A stretch of DNA of 64,000 nucleotides. Source: Candidatus Bathyarchaeota archaeon. GTDB lineage: Archaea > Thermoproteota > Bathyarchaeia > Bathyarchaeales > Bathycorpusculaceae. Below are positions 19,357-28,426 of the stretch, piece by piece. Within the stretch, counting starts at the first letter, position 1; every line of letters starts with the position of its first letter. The translations under genes were made by a program, and so were the position numbers. The notes beneath the pieces were generated by a model. The model made no database searches, was not told where the DNA came from, and saw only the letters and a program-made list of their open reading frames with translations. The DNA is taken from the NCBI GenBank assembly GCA_963815095.1, contig CAWFFH010000003.1, forward strand, positions 512,001-576,000, in the 5' to 3' direction.

Positions 19357-19559
19357 TTCCTCCCAAAAATTTTAGGTCCAATTATTGAAACAGTAACTTT
19401 CATAAAAGACAAGGACCAGCCCCTGAAACAATACCGTTGCTGGTTCTGTTTCAAATCACCAGCTTTTGCCGCTTGACTCACTACTGTTTCAAATGTGGAC
19501 TTACAATGGACTGTTTCAATGTGCTCAGTCGGATAAATTGAGCATTTCTTTTTTTTCAA
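19353..19559 (-). CDS. Small protein, possibly a degenerate InsA-like Zn-ribbon
   Basis: K.G......QRYC motif; stop/start overlaps with both neighbours. Confidence 0.4.
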   Translation of the reverse strand: MKKKKCSIYPTEHIETVHCKSTFETVVSQAAKAGDLKQNQQRYCFRGWSLSFMKVTVSIIGPKIFGRN

Positions 19560-20023
19560 AGTTTTTCGCTCGCTCCAAGTTTCGGTTCTAGATAGTCAAA
19601 AATTTTGTCGTCTTCCAGACCCCATTCACGGATGGTACTTTCGACTAGTTGCTGTATTTTCAATTTTTTACTCTCTTGCAGCATGAACGCCCAGACTTCC
19701 GAAGGTACTTTGTGAGACCACTCGATTTCCATCCAGAAAATAGCGGCCTCACCTTTATCCGGCTGGCAGTTGGTCCATTCCTCTTCGATTTCTTCAGCAG
19801 AGAAAAAAGCGGTTTTTTGCCCATGAAGAGTACGTTTTAGATTATCATAACAAATGATAAACTCACTTATGCCCGTCCAGTCTCTGAAGGCACCAGTTTC
19901 TTTAGAACCACACTTAGTAGCCAACAGTTTTCTAACTTCCACACATATGTCTGCAAACTTGTCAATGTCAGATTCTTTACCAAACAGCCAATTATCACAA
20001 CTACCCATTGTTTTACCACCCAT
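19556..20023 (-). CDS. Hypothetical acidic protein
   Basis: 155-aa ORF in an operon-like run. Confidence 0.6.
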   Translation of the reverse strand: MGGKTMGSCDNWLFGKESDIDKFADICVEVRKLLATKCGSKETGAFRDWTGISEFIICYDNLKRTLHGQKTAFFSAEEIEEEWTNCQPDKGEAAIFWMEIEWSHKVPSEVWAFMLQESKKLKIQQLVESTIREWGLEDDKIFDYLEPKLGASEKL

Positions 20024-20041
20024 AAACGATTTTACAATTTT

Positions 20042-20230
20042 TCATTTGTAACTTTGACCTCTACACAACCTAAGCCAAATCGGAACCCAAAGAAGAAATG
20101 TAGCCTTGTCAAGTGAATCATCCAAGGACAGAATCGTTTCCCTTAAGGCATTTCCAGGCGGCAAAGACTCGGAGACGAAAGTCTTTAACCTTCTAATGTT
20201 AACGTACTTGCTGCTTTGCAATTGTTGCAC
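20042..20230 (-). CDS. Small helical protein
   Basis: VNIRRLKTF....LP....LRETILS..D.L....FL.....WLRL amphipathic pattern; heads the minus-strand run. Confidence 0.55.
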   Translation of the reverse strand: MQQLQSSKYVNIRRLKTFVSESLPPGNALRETILSLDDSLDKATFLLWVPIWLRLCRGQSYK

Positions 20231-20373
20231 CGCTAATCAAACGAGGCGGTATCATGGTTGTAAGGCTTTTGAGGACGTTTGGTATCCGAGAATTGCCCAT
20301 TGGTATTTTTTCGTAGTGCAAAAAGAGTTTGTACTGAAAGCTAAGTCTGAATATTGGAGACATTTTATTAATC

Positions 20374-22005
20374 GTGGCAATATTAGGATGCAATGACCCC
20401 AAAATGAAGACGCTGACTAAAAGCAGGATTGCACATGACATACTGCGAACCTTTTTTACTGCAGATATGAAAAGACAACCGTTTGTTACCGACCGTGCTT
20501 TTAGAACTTTAAAGCACAACCGCAATGAAGTACACTATGTAAAGAATGATTTGCTAAAGGCTGGAATAATAGTAAGGCAAAAGCACGCGTATGTTTTGGG
20601 TGGAGGGAGCTTTGAGCGACGAGACAAGATACTCGAATACCTTGATTTTGTCAGAAGTGGGGATCCAATTCGTATTCAAATCGGAACCTATAACTTGCGC
20701 AGAATCTTTAGCGCTGCCATTTATCCTGAACCGGGGAAATTTGAAGATTTTCTTGGAAATTCTAATTTGAAGGAGTTAATTCAAGGGCATGATGTTGTTG
20801 AGATAACACGCTCGGATGAAGTTTGGAAGCTATTTAATGAGGTCTTGAATGACTATAAGAAGTTCGATTGGCAACTACTTTGTTTGATAGATGTTATATT
20901 AAAAGCTGTAAGACTCGTCAACAAGAATGAGAACAAAGATTTTTGGAACAAGCGGTTCGATGACAGAACATTGGGTGAGGGACTTATTCTTAATGTTAAA
21001 AAAGCCATTTTTGACATTATCTGTTCTGAAATATACGCCGAAACATATTCTAAAACGCATTCGATATATGAAAAAATTGTCATAAAACTTGTGCTAACAA
21101 TCAGAGAAGTAGATATGCAAAATGCCGCTCTTGTCAGTACCATCAAAGGGCTCTTTAGTTTGCCTCAGAAAAGCACTAACTTTTCAAGATTGGACCTGTC
21201 TGCTGCTGAATTCGACCGAGCTCCAGAGCAGCACGGGATTCCAGATATCTGGCACACACAAGGAGCCTACAGCGATTTATTTAAGGTAATTTATCGAATA
21301 CTTGAAAACTTAGAAAGTGTATCTATCCGGGACTTGCTGGAAGACTGGTTAACTGAAAAAGACACGAACCTCAAGTTTACCGCTCAGATTTTCTATTATT
21401 TTTTAATCAAAGATAGACTGTTAAAGAAAGCCGCTTGGTCAAATGATGACCAAAAAATTTACAATAACACGTTGGACTATAACATTCAACTTAAGCATAG
21501 CCAAGACCTTGTAAAAGGAATTCTTGCAATCAATGAATTTCTTCCACAATTTACACCTCAAAATGACTTCTACAAAGGTAATTTGCTTAGAGGAATAGGA
21601 AAGAGACAAAAATTACAAGCCGATCCTGAGATGTGGCCATTCGTTTTGCAACATCTCGGCGTCGATTATCCCCATATTATTGAGCTTTTCAAAAGATGCA
21701 AATGCCTTTTAGACAAAATCCAATATCTTGAAACCCAGGATGAACGAATAGAATGGGAAAGGATAACGAAGGAGGCTCTTGAAGACAAGTCAGAGCGTCT
21801 TAATAGCGTTCCAGAAGTAAAAGAGACAAATAGTACTGAAGAAGCTGAAGCGACTCTATCTTTGACTGAAGTGGAAAGGTTCGAGCTAGAAGAAGAGACA
21901 TCAAATACTAGATTCGAACTTGAAAATCAACTAAAAAATTTAATGCGGAATGTTAGGAACGGTGAATTAATCAAAGGCAAATGTGATCTATGTCAAAAGC
22001 ATTAA
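20374..22005 (+). CDS. Large hypothetical protein (possible N-terminal wHTH, helical body, C-terminal CxxC)
   Basis: 543-aa ORF; ends IKGKCDLC. Confidence 0.75.
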   Translation: MAILGCNDPKMKTLTKSRIAHDILRTFFTADMKRQPFVTDRAFRTLKHNRNEVHYVKNDLLKAGIIVRQKHAYVLGGGSFERRDKILEYLDFVRSGDPIRIQIGTYNLRRIFSAAIYPEPGKFEDFLGNSNLKELIQGHDVVEITRSDEVWKLFNEVLNDYKKFDWQLLCLIDVILKAVRLVNKNENKDFWNKRFDDRTLGEGLILNVKKAIFDIICSEIYAETYSKTHSIYEKIVIKLVLTIREVDMQNAALVSTIKGLFSLPQKSTNFSRLDLSAAEFDRAPEQHGIPDIWHTQGAYSDLFKVIYRILENLESVSIRDLLEDWLTEKDTNLKFTAQIFYYFLIKDRLLKKAAWSNDDQKIYNNTLDYNIQLKHSQDLVKGILAINEFLPQFTPQNDFYKGNLLRGIGKRQKLQADPEMWPFVLQHLGVDYPHIIELFKRCKCLLDKIQYLETQDERIEWERITKEALEDKSERLNSVPEVKETNSTEEAEATLSLTEVERFELEEETSNTRFELENQLKNLMRNVRNGELIKGKCDLCQKH

Positions 22006-22192
22006 CATAGAAAATTCGTGCCTTAAATGAGACGCAAAAATTTCCATCCTATTTATCAATTGTTAATTGTGTGTATGTTTTGCAGATAAATGCTATTCAG
22101 GGATTTTTTACACAATTGGCGTTGAATACAGCTTAAAAGATTCTTTTGGGGTCATTAAACATTGGGTGACGAAAATGAAGCACAAAAAATGC

Positions 22193-22975
22193 CTATTTCC
22201 TCGCAAAGGCAACTGCCAAAGAGTCGCTCTTAACAAGGCTTGCAGTCTTCAAAAATCCTATCCGTTGGTTAGCCTTTTCCACTTTTGGCGCATATCTATC
22301 TCTATAGCGGCAAATTCTTTCAACCGCATATCGTTTGGTATCTTCATCTTTAGCTAATGCTCGATCCCATAGGCTCATTTCCTCCTCTGGCTTTGCGAGA
22401 TTTTCGGGCGAAATAAGAAAGAAAAAATCAGCGAAGCTTTCCAGCGTCATCTTTTCCATCTCCTGCTTTGTCATTTTTTTGAAACCAAAACCAGCAAGCT
22501 TATCGATTAGGTCTTGCTCTGATCTTTGATATTGTCCAGTGTTAAAGTTGAGGAACATTCGGATTGTTTTTACCGCTATTTCCCTGTTGGCGAAATAGGG
22601 CGAGAATATGATGGGAAGCAGCTTTTTACCTTGGTTGGATACTATTTTGTCAATTCTATCTTTTAAAGCATAGTCAGCCAATTCTTCCAAAAAAACGCCA
22701 TCTAAAACACGAAGCAATCCCCACAAAGTCAACTCTATGAACTGCCCTTCCTGACCAACTTGAGACGCCTCAACTTTTATGAAGCCATCCTTTAAAAGCC
22801 TCTCCAAAGAACGTTTGACTCCCTGAACTGATATTTCACGAGCGGATTTTCCAGACTGCGAAGCTACTCTGCCCCTTAGCCTCTCAAAGTCGCTGAGACA
22901 ACAACCATTCAACTCGCCCGCAACTGCTAAAAGCAAGTCGTCATCATTGACTAATCGATTACCCATGGACAACAC
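22193..22975 (-). CDS. wHTH-domain protein
   Basis: VKRSLERLLKDGFIKV......IELTLWGLL wing motif; GAGGTG RBS. Confidence 0.7.
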   Translation of the reverse strand: MLSMGNRLVNDDDLLLAVAGELNGCCLSDFERLRGRVASQSGKSAREISVQGVKRSLERLLKDGFIKVEASQVGQEGQFIELTLWGLLRVLDGVFLEELADYALKDRIDKIVSNQGKKLLPIIFSPYFANREIAVKTIRMFLNFNTGQYQRSEQDLIDKLAGFGFKKMTKQEMEKMTLESFADFFFLISPENLAKPEEEMSLWDRALAKDEDTKRYAVERICRYRDRYAPKVEKANQRIGFLKTASLVKSDSLAVAFARK

Positions 22976-23039
22976 CTCATTTCTGATATTTTGTAATTGC
23001 AGCTATCCTCATTTTTACCTTTAAGCTTTTTTGCCAGTA

Positions 23040-23056
23040 AAGTAGCGACCGCTACA
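23040..23056. promoter_or_regulatory. 17-bp palindromic site AAGTAGCGACCGCTACA, copy 1
   Basis: Identical copy at 24571-24587; both lie about 65 bp upstream of a minus-strand start. Confidence 0.7.
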
Positions 23057-23153
23057 GCATTTCCTTTTCAGGGTTCTGTCAAGTTGTCGGTTGAGAAGGG
23101 GTCGTGTAAACTTTCGGTTGATTTGCGAAGAGACAAAAAGAAAAGGTGGTGGT

Positions 23154-23543
23154 TTAGGTTGGTTGCGGCGAGAGAGTTTTTCTTTTTTTGCTTCTTGCCC
23201 ATGCCGTCCAGATGACTATTATGCCTGCAATGGCGGCGGCTATGGTGATTGCGAAGAATATCAATCCATAGTCAGGTTGGGATTCTGGAGTTGGTGTTGG
23301 AGCTATGGTTGGCTCGGTTTTAGGTACACCGGGATTGGAGGGTTCGCTGGGAATGTTTATGTCTAGGTTGTTTTGTTCATCTGGTGGCAGATTGTAGTTA
23401 GGGATTTGCGGCGGCTGAAAATCTTGTGCGAGGACAAAACTGGTTGACGTTAAGCACAGGAGCATAAATAATGCTGTTGAGATAACAATTGTTGTTTTGC
23501 TTTTCTGGTTGATTGTTAAGTTGACCAATTGTTCTCCATCCAA
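23154..23543 (-). CDS. Small membrane protein with Pro-rich linker
   Basis: Signal peptide, P/T-rich stalk, C-terminal TM and basic tail. Confidence 0.7.
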   Translation of the reverse strand: MDGEQLVNLTINQKSKTTIVISTALFMLLCLTSTSFVLAQDFQPPQIPNYNLPPDEQNNLDINIPSEPSNPGVPKTEPTIAPTPTPESQPDYGLIFFAITIAAAIAGIIVIWTAWARSKKRKTLSPQPT

Positions 23544-23666
23544 AGGTCATAGTATTAAATCGTAATACATAGTGTCGAAGGGCATATATAACATTTACTT
23601 ACGTTTACATACAATTACAGATAACCCCTAAACAGCACTGCAAACATAAGACCCTCAGGATACAGG

Positions 23667-23825
23667 ATGACTAAACTAAAACTAACCGTCAGTCTTAACC
23701 CCGAACAAATACACTGGATAGATGAGCAAGTCAAACTAGGACACTTCGCAGACAGAAGTCACGCAGTCCAGTTTTCACTACTAAAAGTAAAAGAACTAAT
23801 CAACAAAGGCGAAATCAAGTTCTAA
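23667..23825 (+). CDS. Ribbon-helix-helix (CopG-like) protein, 52 aa (not in ORF track)
   Basis: MTKLKLTVSLNPEQIHWIDEQVKLGHFADRSHAVQFSLLKVKELINKGEIKF. Confidence 0.8.
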   Translation: MTKLKLTVSLNPEQIHWIDEQVKLGHFADRSHAVQFSLLKVKELINKGEIKF

Positions 23826-24505
23826 GACTTCAAGGCTTTGGAGTGAGTTCCGTTTCTGGTTGCGTTACGTGTAAGCTTTTCTTTTAATTTTTGGACATCT
23901 CGGCTGGTCACTTGAAATACTTGTGCTGCTTGCCTTGTCTCTTGTGCTGTATCCTCAATTTTTTCAGAGGCAACAAGCAAAAGTTTGGGAAGATACTTGG
24001 AACTTAAGAGGTCCCGTTGAACCTTTGGTGGAGAAAAATTGATGTCCGCCAAGAACTCTGATGTTTTGCACAAAAGTTCGTTTGCTTCAAAGATTCTTTT
24101 GTAGCCAAATTCATCTAGTGATAAGATAATCAATCCTTCGTCATGACAAATAAAATAATTAGATGAAGTAAACTCTGAAATTTGGCAATTAATTCTCTGT
24201 GCTATTTCCTCCAAACCTTCTCTGATTTCTTTGAGACTTCGCTTAATTTGAGCCATCTTGAGGAGTTCATCCTCTTTCAAAACGATGCTTTCAGAGTTCA
24301 AGTCGTTTGACTCCGGATTACCTCGTTCTTTTGAGACACTTTTTTCTATTGACGCCCAATTGACAGCAATCTCCCTTAAAGAATGGGCAACTTTATCTAT
24401 TTCTTTGGTTTTTTCCCAAACCTGATTGCTTAATTGTTCATTTTCAAAGTAGTGGTTAGTAAGGTCCGAAAGTATTCTAATTAATTCGTTTTCCATTATT
24501 TGCAC
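23822..24505 (-). CDS. Hypothetical coiled-coil/helical protein
   Basis: 227-aa ORF, GAGGTG at the start. Confidence 0.7.
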   Translation of the reverse strand: MQIMENELIRILSDLTNHYFENEQLSNQVWEKTKEIDKVAHSLREIAVNWASIEKSVSKERGNPESNDLNSESIVLKEDELLKMAQIKRSLKEIREGLEEIAQRINCQISEFTSSNYFICHDEGLIILSLDEFGYKRIFEANELLCKTSEFLADINFSPPKVQRDLLSSKYLPKLLLVASEKIEDTAQETRQAAQVFQVTSRDVQKLKEKLTRNATRNGTHSKALKS

Positions 24506-24570
24506 CTCAAATAGGAAAAACTTGCATTATGTGCTTCTCTTGCCGAAATTATTAAAATTTTTGTACTTCT

Positions 24571-24587
24571 AAGTAGCGACCGCTACA
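24571..24587. promoter_or_regulatory. 17-bp palindromic site, copy 2
   Basis: Identical to 23040-23056. Confidence 0.7.
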
Positions 24588-24870
24588 ACTGTGGTTCGCG
24601 CGTTATCTGAACAAGGCACAGTTAACCATCCAGAACCTTTTACAAGCTTGAAGGTTAAGAGCAACTCCTCTTTCGGCAAGAAAAAGATTTCCATAGCCAC
24701 TTACTCTGTAGCCACGCACTATTTCATTTTTTGGTGGCAACTGGAAGGGAACGGGGTAGGCGCATTAACCTTCGAATTAACAGACTGCCCATAACTCAGG
24801 AACTGCATAAACCTTTTTTGTTTTTAGCAAGTCATCTTTTCAAAAATTGTAAATTATAACAAGCAAACTA

Positions 24871-24906
24871 TTCTATGGTTTAGCACATTCTTTCTAAAGT
24901 GTAGAA
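24871..24906. promoter_or_regulatory. Tandem operator box B (TTCTA-N5-TAGAA) upstream of the G1 peptidase
   Basis: TTCTAtggttTAGCA and TTCTAaagtgTAGAA, followed by TTAAGTA. Confidence 0.6.
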
Positions 24907-25056
24907 TTAAGTAACTCTTGCTAATTAAGAGATTATGTAGTTTGCTCTAACAAAGCAAACTCCACCAAGACTTATTGTCTTAGGGGCGTGTCACCGCCTA
25001 GTCCTAAGCGAAGGGCAGAAAGAGAACAACAATAAAATGACTCTGAGGTTAAAAAA

Positions 25057-25884
25057 ATGACTAAAAAACATCAAATGCTTAAGCTGTCTGTACTCTTGGT
25101 TGGTTCATTGATGCTTTTAGCGGTATTTGGTCAAGTTATAACAGCGCAGGCTATGTCAACGACTACAAAAAATGGAATTATGCAAAATTTCGTCAAGCTA
25201 TCCCAAGACACAGGAAGCACTGATAACTGGGCAGGATATTTAGTAATGGGAGGAGCGCAACAAGTCACAGCTGCTATAGCATCATGGAAAGTACCAGCGG
25301 TAAGTGGAAACGGTTACTCTAGTTTTTGGGTTGGCATCGATGATTATGGAAACGACTTGGAACAAATCGGCACCATGTCTCAGATGGTAAATGGCGTAGC
25401 GACTTATTTTGCATGGTATGAGTACCTTCCTAGCAATTGGGTAACCATAACTAGTATGACTATACATCCAGGTGACACCATAATTGGAACCGTTTATGAA
25501 ATAGGCCAGAGTGGAACGTCCTACAATATTCAAGTGAATATCTACGATGTAACACAAGGCGACACACAGTTCCACACAACTCAATGGATAGCCAATTGGC
25601 ATGGTAACTCTGCTGAATGGATAGCGGAAGCACCCATTGTAGGTACCCTTCAACCCTTAGCAAACTTTGGCACAGCATACTTTGGTCAAGACTACACTAG
25701 CTGTATTCCATCATGCGAAGCAACCATCAATGGCCAGAGCGGTTATATTAGCTCGTTTGGCGTAAACAACTGGGTGCAGATAACGATGATGTCAGAAAAT
25801 AATCAGTATGTCAAAGCTGCCACGTCAGCCTTAAGCAGTGATGGCTCGAGCTTTACGGTCACTTGGGAAAACGCTGGACCATAA
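25057..25884 (+). CDS. Secreted glutamic peptidase, family G1 (eqolisin/Peptidase_A4)
   Basis: NWAGY, SFWVGID, LEQIGT, YFAWYE, SAEWIAEAP, LANFGT; catalytic Gln and Glu present. Confidence 0.9.
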   Translation: MTKKHQMLKLSVLLVGSLMLLAVFGQVITAQAMSTTTKNGIMQNFVKLSQDTGSTDNWAGYLVMGGAQQVTAAIASWKVPAVSGNGYSSFWVGIDDYGNDLEQIGTMSQMVNGVATYFAWYEYLPSNWVTITSMTIHPGDTIIGTVYEIGQSGTSYNIQVNIYDVTQGDTQFHTTQWIANWHGNSAEWIAEAPIVGTLQPLANFGTAYFGQDYTSCIPSCEATINGQSGYISSFGVNNWVQITMMSENNQYVKAATSALSSDGSSFTVTWENAGP

Positions 25885-26292
25885 GAAATAAATAAACCCT
25901 TTTTTTCTTTTTTGTTACTGTTATAACGGAAACTGTTGCCACAACTTCAATAACTTGTTCTTAATGTCGACCAGCCAGAATATCGTTGGTGTTTGTCGGA
26001 AAGGCAGCATATTAGTGAATAATTTAAAAAGCCTATAGAGTAGTCGTGTGCTTTATCGAATTACGAATTTTTTTATTGCTCTTAACGTGATCGCCCTGCT
26101 GATTGCCAACAGTTTGCCTTTTGAAATATTCGCGAACAAAAGGGCTCCACACGATTGACAGACAGAACTAAGGAATCAAATTTTCTAATCAGTTACGCTA
26201 GTGCGAAATCAAGTATAATGGCAAACAGCAACAGCTAAAATAGGGAAAACAGGGCCTGAGTAACGCTCGGCGTGCGCTAATTAAAAATTCCG

Positions 26293-26949
26293 TTAACCTA
26301 GATTAAGGCATGGTAGAGTCCCCGTGTAGGGTTGAGTTCCAACATTAACAATGGGAGTGCTAAGACTCGTTGAAGGCAGTCCAAGGACGTATAGCCCATC
26401 TGACCCTCCCGAAGTGACAATGTAGTTAACAATCACTTGATAGTAACTTACCTGTGTCACACTTGATTCAGTGACACTCAATCCTGAGCTAGTTACAAGC
26501 GTGCCATTCGATAACACATTTAATACAGGAACTGGATTCGTGACTGAAAAGGCGGATATCGATAAATTGTTGTAGTCGAATCCTGTATATGTGACTGTAA
26601 ATTTACCTACACTATTTGGTAACAGAACAAATTCAGTTGTTCCCGAAGTTGGATAAGTAGTCGTCACAAAACCAGTCTCGTTCGAAAAGGCCAAAGTCGC
26701 GAAGATGGCAGGACCCCCTTCAGTGACATTAGGAACTACAGTTGAACTACCGGTCGGCTGAGGAGAATTTACACTTTGACCCCCAACTAAACCAACTTTT
26801 TGCTGGGGAGAGGTTCCACTTTGCTTCTGAGGTAGGTAGCCAAATTGATAGTAAAGCGGAACCAACATAATAGCAACTAAAACTGACACTATCACGTAAA
26901 TCCATACGTGTTTTCTAATCCCTTTTTGCATCTGAAAGTCACCAACCAA
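26293..26949 (-). CDS. Membrane-anchored Ser/Thr-rich surface protein
   Basis: N-terminal TM, beta-rich ectodomain. Confidence 0.7.
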   Translation of the reverse strand: MVGDFQMQKGIRKHVWIYVIVSVLVAIMLVPLYYQFGYLPQKQSGTSPQQKVGLVGGQSVNSPQPTGSSTVVPNVTEGGPAIFATLAFSNETGFVTTTYPTSGTTEFVLLPNSVGKFTVTYTGFDYNNLSISAFSVTNPVPVLNVLSNGTLVTSSGLSVTESSVTQVSYYQVIVNYIVTSGGSDGLYVLGLPSTSLSTPIVNVGTQPYTGTLPCLNLG

Positions 26950-27474
26950 ATGATGGATGAACCGTTATTATTAATACTATACTTTAGGTCATATCACTTT
27001 CGAGGTGTCCACCTTTTGGAACGACTTGTTCTTGTTAACCAATTAAAACTTGGAAGTTAGAAAGTACCAACTGCGCTTAACCTTTTTCAGTTTTTAGGGC
27101 AATACCCTCTTATACAATAATTGCACCTTTCACGGTCGGTGTTAGTGCAAGCAGTAGCGGTGTAGAAACAAGCAGTTGGCTGAGAAGCAATAGACTGGTA
27201 TTTGTTTTAGTTAAAGACTTCATATTGAAAGTCTCCGTTCAGCAAGTAGGTTAATGGGATACAAACCGTTTAATTCTATACTTTAATGCTTATGCTAAAT
27301 AGTAGAACGGCTTGGTTGTCAAAATTCTCAAACTTTGAAAAAGCGGTGAGGCAACAACAATTTCTGCTCCTGTCAAGCCATAAACGACTCGAACGGTTCC
27401 GGTCGGGAAATAATGCTAAATTTGTAAATACTAGAAATTAAAAAAAAGGAAAAGATTTGGATAACTTACGACAA

Positions 27475-28293
27475 TTATCCTGTTTGAGTATATTGACCGT
27501 ACCAAGCATTGTTGTTGTAGTAGTTCACAGGAGAGAAGTGGTTGAAGTCGTTCAGGTATAAATTTTGGAAATTGACATTGTAATTAGCTCCATTATTCTG
27601 TTGGTAATTAACGCCGCTCCATTGTCCAAAGATATTTCCCTGAATCCCTGATCCGATCGTTGACTCACATGATGAGAAGACATATGACGTCGAAGTGAAG
27701 CCGGTATAGCGATTGCCTATTTCTTGCCACCCTGCACCCTTGTTGAGGTTGTAATATCCATGCCAAGTTCCTTGGTATTGTCCAACAGCAAGTCCAATGG
27801 TTTGACCAAGTGCGAGCCCTGATGGTGTTGCCGTTGTTTCAAGGACGTTGCTATCATGACCACCCCACCAAGTTGTTAAGTACACGTAAGGTGTTCCCCA
27901 GCCGTTGTTGTAATCAACTGCAATGCCAACTTCAGCCGCGGCATCCAGATTTAGGTTAGAGACAGCTGCCAAACCCATCCAGTTCGTAAAAGAATTCGAA
28001 CCCATTCCTATTGCGTCGAGTGCCACTTGAGCGTTCACCTGGGTCACGAGGGTTTCGGACTGGTCAGGTTCGCAACCATACGAAGTAGAGGCTTGGGGCG
28101 ATGCGCCAGATTGTGTCGTGTTCATTCCTGATGGCGGTAATGGCTGAGGAAACGTTCTCGGTCCTGCGCTATTACCTGCCGTGGCTGCCTGTGCAGGCTG
28201 CATGAGCAAGTTTGCTGCCATCAAACTAAATAGTAAGACGGCGATTGCTCCAATCATTTGTTTGCTAGGTTTAATTTTAACCATTTTAGTCAT
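27475..28293 (-). CDS. Secreted beta-sandwich protein, possibly glutamic-peptidase-like
   Basis: Signal peptide, pro-region-like linker, W/Y/N/G-rich domain with AAEVG and SCES. Confidence 0.65.
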   Translation of the reverse strand: MTKMVKIKPSKQMIGAIAVLLFSLMAANLLMQPAQAATAGNSAGPRTFPQPLPPSGMNTTQSGASPQASTSYGCEPDQSETLVTQVNAQVALDAIGMGSNSFTNWMGLAAVSNLNLDAAAEVGIAVDYNNGWGTPYVYLTTWWGGHDSNVLETTATPSGLALGQTIGLAVGQYQGTWHGYYNLNKGAGWQEIGNRYTGFTSTSYVFSSCESTIGSGIQGNIFGQWSGVNYQQNNGANYNVNFQNLYLNDFNHFSPVNYYNNNAWYGQYTQTG

Positions 28294-28332
28294 TCCTTCT
28301 ATAGCCCTATGGTTTGCTGAGCACTGCTATAA

Positions 28333-28369
28333 TTCTACACATTAGCCTGTTTTTCTAAATTTTAGAACA
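28333..28369. promoter_or_regulatory. Tandem operator box B in divergent promoter 28293/28427
   Basis: TTCTAcacatTAGCC and TTCTAaatttTAGAA. Confidence 0.6.
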
Positions 28370-28426
28370 AGAGCACTCTAAAATACTACGAGTAAATCTT
28401 TAGCAAGTACTAAATCAGCCTAGTTC

